This document shows positions 1-13,324 of a stretch of 64,000 nucleotides of DNA, in pieces. The stretch is from NCBI RefSeq assembly GCF_006345805.1, contig NC_043006.1, forward strand, positions 82,832,001 through 82,896,000. Reading direction: 5' to 3'. This DNA comes from Octopus sinensis. Lineage: Eukaryota. Both the position numbers and the translations under genes were made by a program. How positions within the stretch are numbered: the stretch's first letter is position 1; each line of letters begins with the position of its first letter. The notes beneath the pieces are model-generated. The model did no database searches and was not told the DNA's origin. It saw only the letters and a program-made list of their open reading frames with translations.

Positions 1-395
1 TATATTATATATATATATATAAAGAAATAGTAGTACAACAAGGTACCAATGTTTACTGGAAAGTGATACTTTTGTATTGCAATAATGTTTAAAATATCAT
101 ATATATATATATATTTATATATGTAAACAGAGTTAGCGGTTATAGTAACCGACTAAGGGACAAAATATCCGTGTATACTATCCGTGTCCGTTACCTGTAT
201 TATCCCCGGGCAATGGTGTGCAGTCATGCCATACACTTTGAGTGCAGATAACAACAGGATAAACAAGAAATTAAACAATGAAAATAATTAGAAAATGGAG
301 AAAACCACAGGTTAATCAACACATCGATTGGACCACATTTATAGCTTAATTTTTAATACAAAGCATGACGTAGCAAAATTGGTGACGTAACATAT

Positions 396-510
396 CTTAC
401 AGCCTTTACTGATGGGATTGCCAGAATGCAGTCTGTACATTAATGCGAGGATAAAATTCTTCGTCTTCATAGGGCATTCGAATTAAGGCAACGGATCTTC
501 ATCAGAGTGA
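396..510 (-). ncRNA. Degenerate hammerhead-like motif in a (TA)n-anchored module
   Basis: Minus strand: CACT-CTGATGA-AGATCCGTTGCC...GGCAATCCCATCA-GTAAAGGCT-GTA-AGA. The GAAAC box is decayed. Confidence 0.35.
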
Positions 511-1161
511 AAAACAAGAGCATACAATATAAGCAAAAGGAAGAAGGAAAAGGAAAGAAAACATGGGTGAGACAAATAGTCTGGAAGCCCAATATGTTAA
601 GAGCAAATGATTATTTATCATCACGGCTACAGGGTCAGTATGTAAAAGAGTGAGCTAGTAAAGGTCTAGGGAATACTACAATTAATTAATGAGTAGGTGC
701 AATTTAAAGAGTGGGGTCAGTGTGTGTAAAAAAAAGTAGTTATCAAGAAACTATATATAAGGAAAATACTAACATGGTTATCAAAGGGCAGTACCTATGC
801 TACCAGAGTAAACTCAAGTAAAAGTAAACAATTACCGTAGAATGCTAAAGAAAAAATTTACTCACAGAAATTAATACCGAGAATCCCACCTATGATCCAC
901 AATGGGGCAAGTCTAAGTTCAGCGGTCTCTACAATTGGTCAATTACAATTTGAACCGGGGTCACAACTTAAAACCGTTACAAAGGATTTGTTTATGAAAT
1001 AAACAAGAAAAAGCAGAAAAGGTACGGGGGATAAATCAATGCAAAGATATTGAGGGCCGTTTATGTACTTCAACATCTTAACGTTATAAGCTGCATGAGG
1101 GAAGAATTAGGGAATCTGCGGCGTTAAACACTCATACGCCGTCTTCAATGGAAGTGTCCGC

Positions 1162-1531
1162 TTACCAACCACATGGTTCTGGGTTCAGTCCCACTGCGTG
1201 GCACCTTGGGCAAGTGTCTTCTACTATAGCCTCGGGCCGACCAAAGCCTTGTGAGTGGATTTGGTAGACGGAAACTGAAAGAAGCCCGTCGTATATATGT
1301 ATATATATATGTGTGTATGTGTGTCTATGTTTGTGTGTCTGTGATCGTCCCCCCAACATCGCTTGACAACCGACACTGTTGTGTTTACGTCCCAGTAACT
1401 TAGCGGTTCGGCAAAAGGGACGGATAGAATAAGTATTAGGCTTACAAAGAATAAGTTCTGGGGTCGATTTGCTCGACTAAAGGTTGTGCTCCAGCATGGC
1501 CGCAGTCAAATGACTGAAGCAAGTAAAAGAG
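1162..1531 (+). mobile_element. tRNA-derived CORE-type SINE; other copies at ~2725-2945(-), 3764-4160(-), 5217-5515(-), 9008-9160(+), 47385-47630(-), 48375-48780(+), 61170-61335(+), 61915-62440(-)
   Basis: B-box-like ggttcagtccc, core gtggcaccttgggcaagt, tail cagcatggccgcagtcaaatgactgaa.caagtaaaagag. Confidence 0.85.
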
Positions 1532-2947
1532 TATATATCTATTATATAAAATCCGTTCTGTCTGTGTGTGTGTGTGTCTTCTAGGATCTCGGGCATCCTC
1601 CATCCGGTTGCGCTCAAATTTGATATGTAGATACCGACGCTATCTACATTCTTCACTACTCACCACTGCTGAACCTGATGTTTCCTTTGGCATTTTTACT
1701 GCTTAATTAGGGAAAGAATGACAGAGTCCTTAAGCCTATTTTTTTCCTGAACCTCCGATACTGGTGGAAAAAAGCGAAGAAGATGCCTTTAAACCGAAAA
1801 TGGATTGAATGTTTACAACTGAAAACCTCCACTAAAGCACCCAAGGTCGTGATATTAAACTGGGCGACGGATGAAATCTTCCACCTTCAAACACAGAACG
1901 CAAAAAGCAAATATCGATGCTACAAAGCATCTCCTCCGACAGTCGGAAAATTCGACCAAACAACCGCCTTGGAATAGTACATTATTTCATGAAGTCCCGA
2001 AATGCAAAATGATTGCGTTAAGAGAGCAGGAAACTGGGATAAATAACGAAAGATATTTAAGCATTTTATCCTACACTTTAGGGAGTCTGTCAATTTGTAG
2101 ATGATATCAAGTTTTCACGACCCCGAAAGGCAAAGCTGACTTCGGCTAGATTTGAACTCAGATCACAGATATGCATGAATACTGGAAGGCATTTTGTTCT
2201 ATGCTCCTGTGATTCACAGTTTGTGGATCATTGTTAGTGTACTTGATTCCGAAAGACTGAAAGGCAACATTAAATGTAGAAGTTGTAAGTCAAAGCGTAT
2301 TTGGTTTGCAAGATTCTTAATATAAGTTCGTGTGATGAAACATATTTTATTGTGTCTGGGGTCAGCCATTCTCTTTTGGTGCCTTATTATTTAACACGCT
2401 CACCGGTTGGATTTCCACTCATTTTTTTCTAAAATTTCGTTGCGTCTTGCAAATTTCTCTGATCCGGCCAAAACAGCCCTATTGAATACTACTAGTCAAT
2501 TGACCATACTTAAATTCCTCATTCTCTCTTGCTTTTTTCATGCACACTTTTTCTCCTCCTTGATCGAAAATATTTCTCCTCCTATTCCCTCCACGTTATT
2601 TTTCTTTAAATACCACTCCCCTTGCTAATTTCTATGATTCGGCCAAAACAGCCCCATTGAATACAACCGGTCAAATTACCTTGCTTTTAAATTCCTCATC
2701 TCTCATCCCTCTCACTATCTTATACTCCTTACTCTTTTACTTGTTTCAGTCATTTGACTGTGGCCATGTTGAAGCACCGCCTTTAGTCGAGCAAATCCAC
2801 CCCAGAACTTATTCTTTGTAAGCCTAGTACTTATTCTATCGGTCAATTTTGCCGGGCCGCTAAGTTACGGGGACGTAAACACACCAGCATCGGTTGTCAA
2901 GCGATGTTGGGGGAGGGGACACACAGACACACAAACATACACACACG

Positions 2948-2983
<36 letters not shown>

Positions 2984-4758
2984 ATATATTATATATATAT
3001 ATATAATATATATATATATGTTCAGCAAAACTTAGATTCAGATGAATATGGTACTTGAGTTAAAGGCACCAGAATTTTGTATGGTATTATAAATATAAAT
3101 CAAATGGGGGTGATTACAATCAAAATAAGCAACAAAGATATCCAAGGTAGTGTAGTAAAATTATTTTATGCTACTTCATTTTATTAAATAATGTATGTAT
3201 TACATCAGTTTTAAAATGTCGAGCAATCTTCAGCCATATATAGAATTTTTCAATTAAACTGACAATGCACATTCTTATACATTTTCCAACATTACAAAGA
3301 GGGTAGATATATAGACAGAGAAGTTAATTTCATCATTAAGAACATGATGGTGGTATGTTCGTTCTCCGTCTGTAGATTTTACCACTAAGTTCACTTTGTT
3401 ATTTAGATCTATCAGTGGGGAGGTTTTTTTTAAATTCTTGGTTGAATGGAGACAAACAAGATCTTTTTTCTATTTATAGATGGAGGAAGGGGTAGTACAA
3501 ATGTCAAAACCATAAATGGATTTATGAGTGAGAGAAAGTTTCTGCCAGCTCACCGCCTTGGGCCATTGCGCCTCCACTGTCGCTGTTGTTGATTCTGCTG
3601 TTGTTCTTTAGATTTGTGTCAAATTATGAAACTAAGCAAGAACTATGATTAAATATATACTAGTCCTTGTCTATCCTTCATTTTTATTTTCACACAGGGA
3701 TACATTAGCCACAATGTCTTTCTGTTTTCTTTTTAAGTCGATATAGCGTCATTCGAGGATATTACTCTTTTACTCTTTACTTGTTTCAGTCATTTGACTG
3801 CGGCCGTGCTGGAGCACCGCCTTTAGTCGAGCAAATCGACCCCAGGACTTATTCTTTGTAAGCCAAATACTTATTTTATCAGTCTCTTTTGCCGAACTGC
3901 TAAGTTACGGGGACGTAAACACACCAGCATCGGTTGTCGAGTGATGTTGGGGGGGACAAATACAGACACACAAACACATACATATACATATATACGACGG
4001 GCTTCTTTCAGTTTCCGTCTACCAAATCAACTCACAAGGCTTTGGTCGGCTCGAGGCTATAGTAGAAGACACTTGCCCAAGGTGCCACGCGGCGGGACTG
4101 AACCCGTAACCATGTGGTTGGTAAGGAAGCTATTTACCACACAGCCACTCTTGCGCCTATATATGATTCAAATTTCAATCGGTTGTTTACGACCTGATCG
4201 ATGACATGCCCTCTCTCTTTTAGGTCTGCCTTCAGACTGTCTGAGAATCAGCCTTATGCCTGTGTGTATGTATGCTTGTATGTATGTATGTAGACGTTTA
4301 GCTGCTTACATGGGAAGGAAAGTGTGAGAGTAAACGAAAAATGTGTATGTGAGTATGTGTGAGAGTATGCACGTGCGTATGTGTGGTTGGGTACAATCGC
4401 GAGCCTGTCTGTAGTGTGCTTGTGTGTTTGTGAGTGTGTGTGTGTATGTGTGTGTGTGTGTGTGTATGCACTGGCGATCCATGAGGTTTTTAATGGTTCA
4501 AGACCAGTTAGGTCTCAGATCTGTAAGGATTTTCCATCCCGTAAAGGCTCATGGATTTAATTCCTTTTGCGGGGAAGAGGAGAGGGAGGATAGGATAGGG
4601 GGAGAGGAGATTAGGCCTGGTGTGTGTGCGTGTGTGTGTGGACAACGTGTGTGCAAACAATTACGAAGCACAGGATCAGGACACTTAATTTAATTTAATT
4701 CGATCTAAAATTTAGTTACACAACGGATGGTATAAGTAGTACAAAATGGTAACGATAG

Positions 4759-4848
4759 TCTCTGACAGCTGTTTCTGGGATATCCCAGCTATTGGAATAT
4801 CGCATCGAATGAAGACTCCATAAGTTGGGTATCCCTCCATCGGAGAAA
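4759..4848 (-). ncRNA. Degenerate hammerhead-like motif
   Basis: Minus strand: TTTCT-CCGATGG-AGGGATA...TATCCCA-GAAA-CAGCT-GTC-AGAGA. Two core substitutions. Confidence 0.5.
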
Positions 4849-5032
4849 TAGGAGTTAGATAATGGGAGGATATTCCTCATCAATGATATTTGTTGTTGTT
4901 CATTATGTCCAAGATATTAGGAGAGTCCAATTAAATCCAGTTGGATCGGGTCTTTTTTACGTAAATCTATGATCAGAAAGAATGGTCAAGTGGTATAGTA
5001 TGGTGACAGTACTTGTCTCCCCCTAACTCTCG

Positions 5033-5064
<32 letters not shown>

Positions 5065-5355
5065 CCCACTCATCTACCCTCATTATTACTTTATTTTAAA
5101 CTAACAATATCTTTCTTAATTTACTGATCGTCAATTACAAAAGCTTCTCCGTATTTTTACTCGCAATCTAAAATAATTTTCTTTCCTTTTATTTCAACCC
5201 CTCCCCTCCTACTCCCGGTCTCTTTAGCCGAGCCGCTAAGTTACGGGGATGTAAACACACCAGCATCGGTTGTCAAATGATGTTGGGGGATAAACACAGA
5301 CACATAAACATATACACACACATACATACAAACACAGACACACACACACACACAC

Positions 5356-5418
<63 letters not shown>

Positions 5419-8342
5419 CGACGGGCTTCTTTCAGTTTCCGTCTACCAAATCTACTTACAAGGCTTTGGTCGGCCTGAGGCTATAGTAGAAGACACTTGT
5501 CCAAGGTGTCACGCTGAGCTAAGTCACGAACAACACGGATTCTTCAATGTTGGTGCAATTATTAGGTCTCGCAATCTTTCATAGTGATTTCTCATTGGTC
5601 TTACTTTGCAAAATTTCCCCACCAAAACCTAAACTTCTTCAGGAACAGAAAGCAATTCAGTCCTGTTTACTGTGCTCAACTATCTTTTAACTTGTTCGTT
5701 TTGAAGGAAGCTCCTTTTCCCAAAATCATTGTAGACTTATTGAGTGCACTGCGACTGGCAATTACGTTTTTCCTGAATACATGCATGTCGATGATTGCAA
5801 GATAAAATACGCCCAATACAGCAAGTTCCAGAGGAACAATTGTTAATGTGAGACCTAGTGTGATATGGATACAATATGGCTAGTGAGAGAACAGACAAGT
5901 GGCTCAGGTGTGCTTGAGGGGAGGTAGCATGAGATAAGCAGATCAGAATGGGAAAAACCAGTGAAGTGCTAGTAGAAAAAGCAGAGAGAGTAATAGAGAG
6001 AGGGAGAGAGTGGAAGGGAGAGAGAGACAAAGGAGGGAGAGGGAGTGAGAAGAGTGGAGGGAGAGATGAGAGAGACGAGAGAGAGGAGGGAGCGACGCGA
6101 GAGAGGAGGGAGCGACGCGAGAGAGGAGAGAGAGAGAAAGGAGGGAGAGACGAGAGCGAGGAGAAGGTGTTGAGGTTTGAGGTAAGAGACTAAGTCTGCG
6201 TATGATTGATTGCAGTAATTCGCAAAACGATTATTCTTTGAATACGGTCTAAGATACCTACAGCAGCAACAGCCGTTCAAGAATTTGGATCTGAAGATCT
6301 CCATTTCCAGCGACTTCGAGGGCCACCTCCCAGTGGTGTCGGGCGACAACGAAGAGCCCTCGACTACAACAAGACGACCAAAGTTTTTTTTTCCAAGGTC
6401 TGGGGTCTCCCGCCCCTAAGCCCTAGACCATCATCTAATCACCCTTACCCGTCTTGTTGCTTAACAACAACAACAGCAGCAATAGCACAGTCGCATGTGT
6501 GAAGACAGTACTCCAGTTTGTTTTACTTGAACTTTATAGAAATTTGAAATGCAGTCTTTGTTTTAATATGGATGTGTACATGCTAGCAGAGATCCTCAGT
6601 ACTAGTAAGGCATTTTAGCAGTCACAAAATTCTCAGGTTTTATTTTGTTCATATTTAGGAGAGGAGGAAAGGAGTACGCTAATGTTTTCTTCGTTTGGGC
6701 AGTCATTTTTTAAATGACATTTTGCTGAAGAAGATTAAGCTGGCTTGGCTCCATTGGCGGATCTTCGCAAGGGCTCTACTCATGATTTTAGTGCAGATTT
6801 GGTTTGAAGTATCTAGAAGGGATACATACCGATGAGAGAAGCGGAATGAAAAGTGATTTTATTTACGTGGGACAAATAGATCAGTTTGTTTAATTAATGT
6901 TCTGCTTACATAGAACGACACAGCTTCTTTATACATCTTAGATCAGTGGTTCTGAAAGCGAGAAATACCATCACTACTCTGGAAATTTTTTTGTTACCTC
7001 GCTGTAATTAATAGGAGAAAATAAACTTTTTATTCATATAAGACTTCTTTCTTTGTCATGATACTTACATTCTTTCATTACTCTAATCTTTTACTTGTGT
7101 CAGTTACTAAAAGTGGTTGGGCTGGACCTCAATACACCATGCTTTTCACACGGACAGCTGTACGTGGGGTAGTCCAGAGTTGGAAACTCGGTCAATCTTT
7201 TCTACTACGCTACCGAAAAGCTGACAAAAAAAAAACGTGGTTTACAAGGCAGCCCACCAATAGTTTTTCCGTTGAGTTGAAATCCTCTTCAGGTTGGACC
7301 TTATTGCGCTTATTTACTCATCACGATAGATAATGTTAATCTTCTAATAAATGCCCGTTGTTAATGTCAGCTTCCCAGATGCCACCGACAATTTCATATT
7401 GCAATTGAACCTATTTCTTACAGATTGCCTTCATGTCCATAGAAATATCATGTATGCTTTTTGAAACCGATTCCTCAGCCATCCAGTTAATTAAATGGCA
7501 TTCCGAACGATAATTTTCAATATTTTCACATTTTAATACCCGATATCTGCGAATAAAACATGCTCCTTTTTGAATAGCACTTTTTTTTTATTTATCGTCC
7601 CAATAATGCCAAATAATCCTCAATTTTAAGCATAAACAGAAGCGGAATTACACTGTTTTAGACTTCAGTTCTATCACAAACTTACACCGTCCAATGGACG
7701 GCGGGGCGTTTGCTAGTATATTTATATATATGAATATATTATATATATATATATATATATATGGAGTATTTTGGAAATTCCTTGATACAGTTATAATATT
7801 TGGAGAGAAGATATTTTCTCAAAGAGCTAAGATTAAGACAAGAACCTTTTTAGAAAGTCAAAAGGTACTAACCTTTGGGAAGAGATTTCACAAAATGTGT
7901 GTAGCTTTTGCTTTTGTAGATGTGCGAGCGCTTTCAGTAATGAACGTTTTCAAGCACATGTTATTTCATACAGTGAAAGCTGTTTTGAGTAAACTTGTCA
8001 AATAAAACATCCCGCACTCAGATGCATACCATGTAGCGATCATTTGGACACCTGTGCACAAGGAAAATTTACAATTTTCCCTCTTCATATAATAAATGAA
8101 GAGATCGACCTTCTCCAGAAGGCAAAAGAAGAATATTTCATAAGATTTCTGAGTCCGAAACAAAACCGGAAATAGTCAATGACAATTTTACTGAAAACAA
8201 CTTTCACTACATGTAATAACATGATATTTCATGTTCCTGGATTGAAAACGCATAACTTTCAAAGTAAGAGTTAGTAATCCGATTGTTGGTCCATGTTGAT
8301 GATCAATGATATTATCATCCCGGAGCTTTGTATGTATGTATG

Positions 8343-8376
<34 letters not shown>

Positions 8377-9594
8377 TGTATGTATGTATGTATGTATGTA
8401 TGTATCTGCTAGAAAGTATCTGCTAGAAATAGTGACCAAATTCCCTGTGAACCTATATCATCGGTTCTCACCCGCAAAAAAAATAAGAAACAAAACTTTG
8501 GAACGGCACAGTCATATCAGAAAAATTTTCTTGATACTGCTGTTTGATTTCCAGAATACCTCTGATATCAACGGATGTGACATTTCAGTTTAAATGTTAC
8601 CAAATTCTCTCCATGCTCAACTTCCCCATGACCATCAATACGCCTCAAGAAAACTCAATGAAAGGCGCTAGAGTGAATCTTGTGGATAAAGTGCCCGTGT
8701 AAAACGTCTGTCTATTCACATAATCAGTTTTTTCATGTTACTTCAGCAGTGGAAAACACCTTAGTAACTTCCATAATAGCATCACAGGTCAAAAACAAGC
8801 AAGTATTCTTAGTCATGTCTTCATTCCAATGCCAAAAGGGTTGGATTTACTTTTACTCGTACGTTTTGCATTGAATAAGTAACCGAGGAATTTTTGCTGC
8901 AAACTCTACTTTACAGAGATAGTATTTTATTGTTCATTTAGTTGTAATGTGTGATAAAATCAGTAAATTATTGCATGTGATTACTTTGATATACAGTACC
9001 ATTCCCCAGGAGTAGCTGTGTGGTAAGTAGCTTGTTTACCAACCACATGGTTCTGGGTTCAGTCCCATTGCGTGTCATCTTGGGCAAGTGTCTTCTCGGG
9101 CCGACCAAAGCCTTGTGAGCAGATTTGGTAGGCGGAAACTGAAAGAAGCCTGTCGTATATATATATACATCCCCTAAAGTTGCTGGCCTTGTGCCAAAAT
9201 TTGAGACCATTATTATTACGCTAACGAAACGAATATTACACTGGATAACAAATTTCAATTTTTTTGTCTGTTGAGTTAAATTTGATAGTTCTAGGTAATT
9301 TGCATGCGGTAAGTACGAATTTTTGGTGCATCAGGTCCTCATTTTGAGTGACACCTTTTGAAAAAATTCTTAAAAGCAAGCTACTTATCGCTTTTGTTAC
9401 GCCGAGAAACAGGCGCCTGGCCGACCAACAATCACTTGACCCATTTTGCTCTGCATTCTGACGTCAAGTGTACATGTACAGGTACACTTGACTCACTTTG
9501 AATAGAAATAAGTAAGGTAAAAGTAATAAAATGATAGAGAAGAATGGTCCAACTGCATTTAACTTAAATGGTCCAACTGCATTTAACGTTAAAT

Positions 9595-9764
9595 GCAATT
9601 GTGTTTCCAAAACAGGTTAGGTGAGAACCTACTAACCATGGAACCGATTGTTACTTTTGCTTTATTGCTCGGTTATTTGTAACGTATGAATAAACTCAGT
9701 AGCTTACTGCATGGGATATATTGTATCGAAGTAATCACCTAACCTGCTTTGGAAACACAATTGC
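9595..9764. mobile_element. ~170-bp hairpin/MITE-like repeat; partial copies at ~12375-12497 (-) and ~13980-14020
   Basis: gcaattgtgtttccaaaacaggttaggtga / tcacctaacctgctttggaaacacaattgc. Confidence 0.65.
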
Positions 9765-9836
9765 TCTCGTGACGCATTATATATATATATAATATATATA
9801 TATAATATATATATATATATTTATTATATATATATT

Positions 9837-9869
<33 letters not shown>

Positions 9870-9872
9870 ATT

Positions 9873-9909
<37 letters not shown>

Positions 9910-9921
9910 ATATTATATATA

Positions 9922-9958
<37 letters not shown>

Positions 9959-10211
9959 CTATATATATATATATTTATATATAATTAATCAATATAGGGA
10001 GGCAAAAAAATTTTGTAGAATTCTTTTGCCCCCAGCGGCCTAGTGGGAAAAAATTAAATAGTCATAAACCATTTTTAAGTTCAATATCACAATCAAGGAA
10101 CGGCCATAATAGGCCATTCACCCACTAGAAATAACAGCCAAAAAGCTTCAACCGCAAAATAACATTAATTCTGTAAACCAGGAGAAAATTAAAAAAACAT
10201 TTACCCTGAAA

Positions 10212-10315
10212 TCCTTATACGATGCACCGTTTCGTCTACTGTTTAATGGTAAACTAACCTGATTAAATTAAATCAAGCCAATCTACCATAGGCCCTTAGA
10301 TTCATCAGTAAGGAA
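10212..10315 (-). ncRNA. Type-I hammerhead ribozyme motif, mirror copy in left arm of palindrome
   Basis: Reverse complement of 10370-10472; + strand reads tccttatacgatgcaccgtttcgtcta...tagattcatcagtaaggaa. Confidence 0.78.
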
Positions 10316-10369
10316 TAGCCAAATCGGAACAGATATTTTTCGTGAAAAATATCTGTTCCGATTTGGCTA

Positions 10370-10472
10370 TTCCTTACTGATGAATCTAAGGGCCTATGGT
10401 AGATTGGCTTGATTTAATTAATCAGGTTAGTTACCATTAAACAGTAGACGAAACGGTGCATCGTATAAGGAA
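10370..10472 (+). ncRNA. Type-I hammerhead ribozyme motif (Penelope-type), intact core, long stem II
   Basis: TTCCTTA-CTGATGA-ATCTA...(~56 nt)...TAGAC-GAAA-CGGTGCATC-GTA-TAAGGAA. 7-bp stem I, canonical core, quasi-palindromic stem III; predicted cut after 10465. Confidence 0.8.
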
Positions 10473-10603
10473 TTTCAGGGTAAATGTTTTTTTAATTTTC
10501 TCCTGGTTTACAGAATTAATGTTATTTTGCGGTTGAAGCTTTTTGGCTGTTATTTCTAGTGGGTGAATGGCCTATTATGGCCGTTCCTTGATTGTGATAT
10601 ATT

Positions 10604-10634
<31 letters not shown>

Positions 10635-10942
10635 TAAGGGTGAGAGAATTAGATACTAATTTAATAGTATATCTATTCAACACCAAGTGGCCTAGTGCTC
10701 CGAGAAACCTGGATTATTATAATATTTTATAACATATTATAATATTTTTACAAAATAAATATAAGAGAGTGGTCACTATATGGCTCACTCTAGCACCAGT
10801 TAATCCAAAAGGTTTCAACCACGAAAATACATGTTTCCCATGAGAGTCAATACGATTGTTAGCTCACACGGACAGGGCAAATAAACAATAACAAAAATAC
10901 AGAATAATCTGTATTTAGTGACCACTCTCTTATATTTATTTT

Positions 10943-11170
10943 ATATATATATATTATATATATATATATTTATATATATATTATATATATATATATTATA
11001 TAATATATTATATATATATATTTATATATATATATATATATATAATATATTTTATATATATATATATATATTTATATTATATATATATATATATAATATA
11101 TATTTATATATATATTATATATATTATTTATATATATATATTTATATATATATTTAATATATATTTATAT

Positions 11171-11201
<31 letters not shown>

Positions 11202-11237
11202 ATATATATATATTTCTATATATATATATTTATATAT

Positions 11238-11268
<31 letters not shown>

Positions 11269-11341
11269 ATATATTATATATATTATATATATATATATAT
11301 ATTATATAGATATATATATATATATATATTTATATATTATA

Positions 11342-11372
<31 letters not shown>

Positions 11373-11379
11373 ATAATAT

Positions 11380-11410
<31 letters not shown>

Positions 11411-11488
11411 TATATATATAATATATTATATATATTTATATATAATATATATTTATAATATATATATAATATATTATATATATATATA

Positions 11489-11534
<46 letters not shown>

Positions 11535-11541
11535 ATATTTC

Positions 11542-11576
<35 letters not shown>

Positions 11577-11643
11577 ATATATATATATTTATTATATATA
11601 TATATTTATATATATATATATATTATATTATTATATATATATT

Positions 11644-11678
<35 letters not shown>

Positions 11679-11704
11679 GATATATATATATATATATATA
11701 ATAT

Positions 11705-11788
<84 letters not shown>
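10943..11788. repeat. ~0.8-kb (TA)n followed by (TG)n
   Basis: Read directly from the sequence. Confidence 0.95.
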
Positions 11789-11791
<3 letters not shown>

Positions 11792-12058
11792 GCGCAATGG
11801 CCTAGTGGTTAGGGCAGCGAACTCGCGGTCGTAGGATCGTGGTTTCGATTCCAGACCGGGCGTTGTGTGTGTTTATTGAGCGAAAACACCTTAAAGCTCC
11901 ACGCTGCTGTACTCTTTCACCACTCTTCCTCCCACTCTTTCTTCTGTTGGCCTGCTCGCTTAGCCAGCGGGGTGGCGTCATTCGAAGGCTAAAACAATGC
12001 GAACGCATTGTGACCAGCGATGTGTAGCAACATCTGATGGTCTGGTCGGTCACGTGAT

Positions 12059-12066
<8 letters not shown>
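11789..12066 (+). mobile_element. tRNA-derived SINE; copies at 34799-35095 (-) and 29498-29660 (+, partial)
   Basis: A box tggcctagtgg, B box ggtttcgattcc; ends cacgtgatcacgtg next to (TA)n. Confidence 0.85.
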
Positions 12067-12122
<56 letters not shown>

Positions 12123-12202
12123 CTGGCAGGGTGAATTGCGTCATGTTGATGTTTTACTCAGACAGTGCTCAACTGACCCTACTATATATATATATATATA
12201 TA

Positions 12203-13324
12203 TCAGGGGTGATGGGTAAATTGTCGCCATTTTGAATTTCGCGCAAGCGCAGTTTTATAATAGTGTCAGTTGAGCACTGTCTGAGTAAAACAGCACCATA
12301 ACGCAATTCACCATGACGCACCATGGCGCAATTCACCTTGCCAGAAATATATATATATATAATGTATCGAAGTAATCCCATGCAGTAAGCTACTGATTTT
12401 ATCACACGTTACAAATAACCGAGCAATAAAGCAAAAGTAACAATCAGTTCCATGGTTAGTAGGTTCTCACCTAACCTGTTTTGGAAAAACAATTGCAGTT
12501 TTTTGTTTTGCCGCCTATACAGTATAGTAGGGTCAGTTGAGCACTGTTTGAGTAAAACAGCCGCATGACGCAATTCACCCTGCCAGAAATTTGGAAACGA
12601 CATTCTGTATTGCTTGGCATTCGCGCCGGAAGCTCCAATACGAACATTTCAGAGTATTTGGGTATCAATCTGAGGACAGTGCAATCTGTTGCCATGCACA
12701 GTGAGCGATAAAAGACACACATCTAGTCAACATCATGGTGTTTGGAGTGATCACTAGTGATGGAGACGTTATACCTTCATTCATCTTCCCTCACGGCCTC
12801 AGACTCAACACGGAGGCCTATATCGAGTTACTAGTGCAGGTAGCTCTATCCTTGGTTAAGAGGCTGGCTGCTGGAAGACCCTGTCTGGCAACAGGAATCT
12901 GCGCCATGCCACACATGCAGTAGAACTCGGTCATGGCTGTCAGACAATTTCTGCAGCCACGTCACTCCTAACATCTGGCCACCTAACTCCCCATACTGCA
13001 ACCCTCTTGGTTATTATGTGTGAGGCGCAGTTGAGCGAGGGAACAAAAAAAAACTCCTTGTAACACCAAAGATGAACTGAAGGCAAAGATTATGGCAGCA
13101 TTCATCAACTGAAATAAGGAGTCCGTCCAGAAAAGTTGCAGGAGATTCCGAAGTCGTCTGGAGGCCGTGGTTGAAGAAATAATGGCGTGTTTATTGAATA
13201 AATTTACTTTTTAGTATTTCAAGATATTTTTATATAATTTTGGTAAATATATCTGTTAAAATTAGATGTCTGTGTTATTTTCAGTTTTGCGTAATTTAGA
13301 CGACAGTTTATTCACCGCACTCTC
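12203..13324 (+). mobile_element. Internally deleted Tc1/mariner-superfamily transposon, DD37D (maT)-like
   Basis: MVFGVITSDG..; QQESAPCH..WPPNSP.CNPL with about 37 residues between the catalytic positions. Degenerate TIRs caggggtgatgggtaaattgtcg / cgacagtttattcaccgcactct in TA context. Confidence 0.72.

Larger units (their letters stand above)
10084..10600. repeat. ~517 bp near-perfect palindrome (arms ~258 bp) centred near 10342
   Basis: Centre ...cagatattttt-c-gt-g-aaaaatatctg...; arms are reverse complements out to atatcacaatcaagg / ccttgattgtgatat, apart from a few 1-nt indels. Confidence 0.95.

Noticed and set aside
11789-11865. tRNA gene
   Set aside because: It has A/B boxes but continues into a SINE body found in several diverged copies, with no clean acceptor stem.
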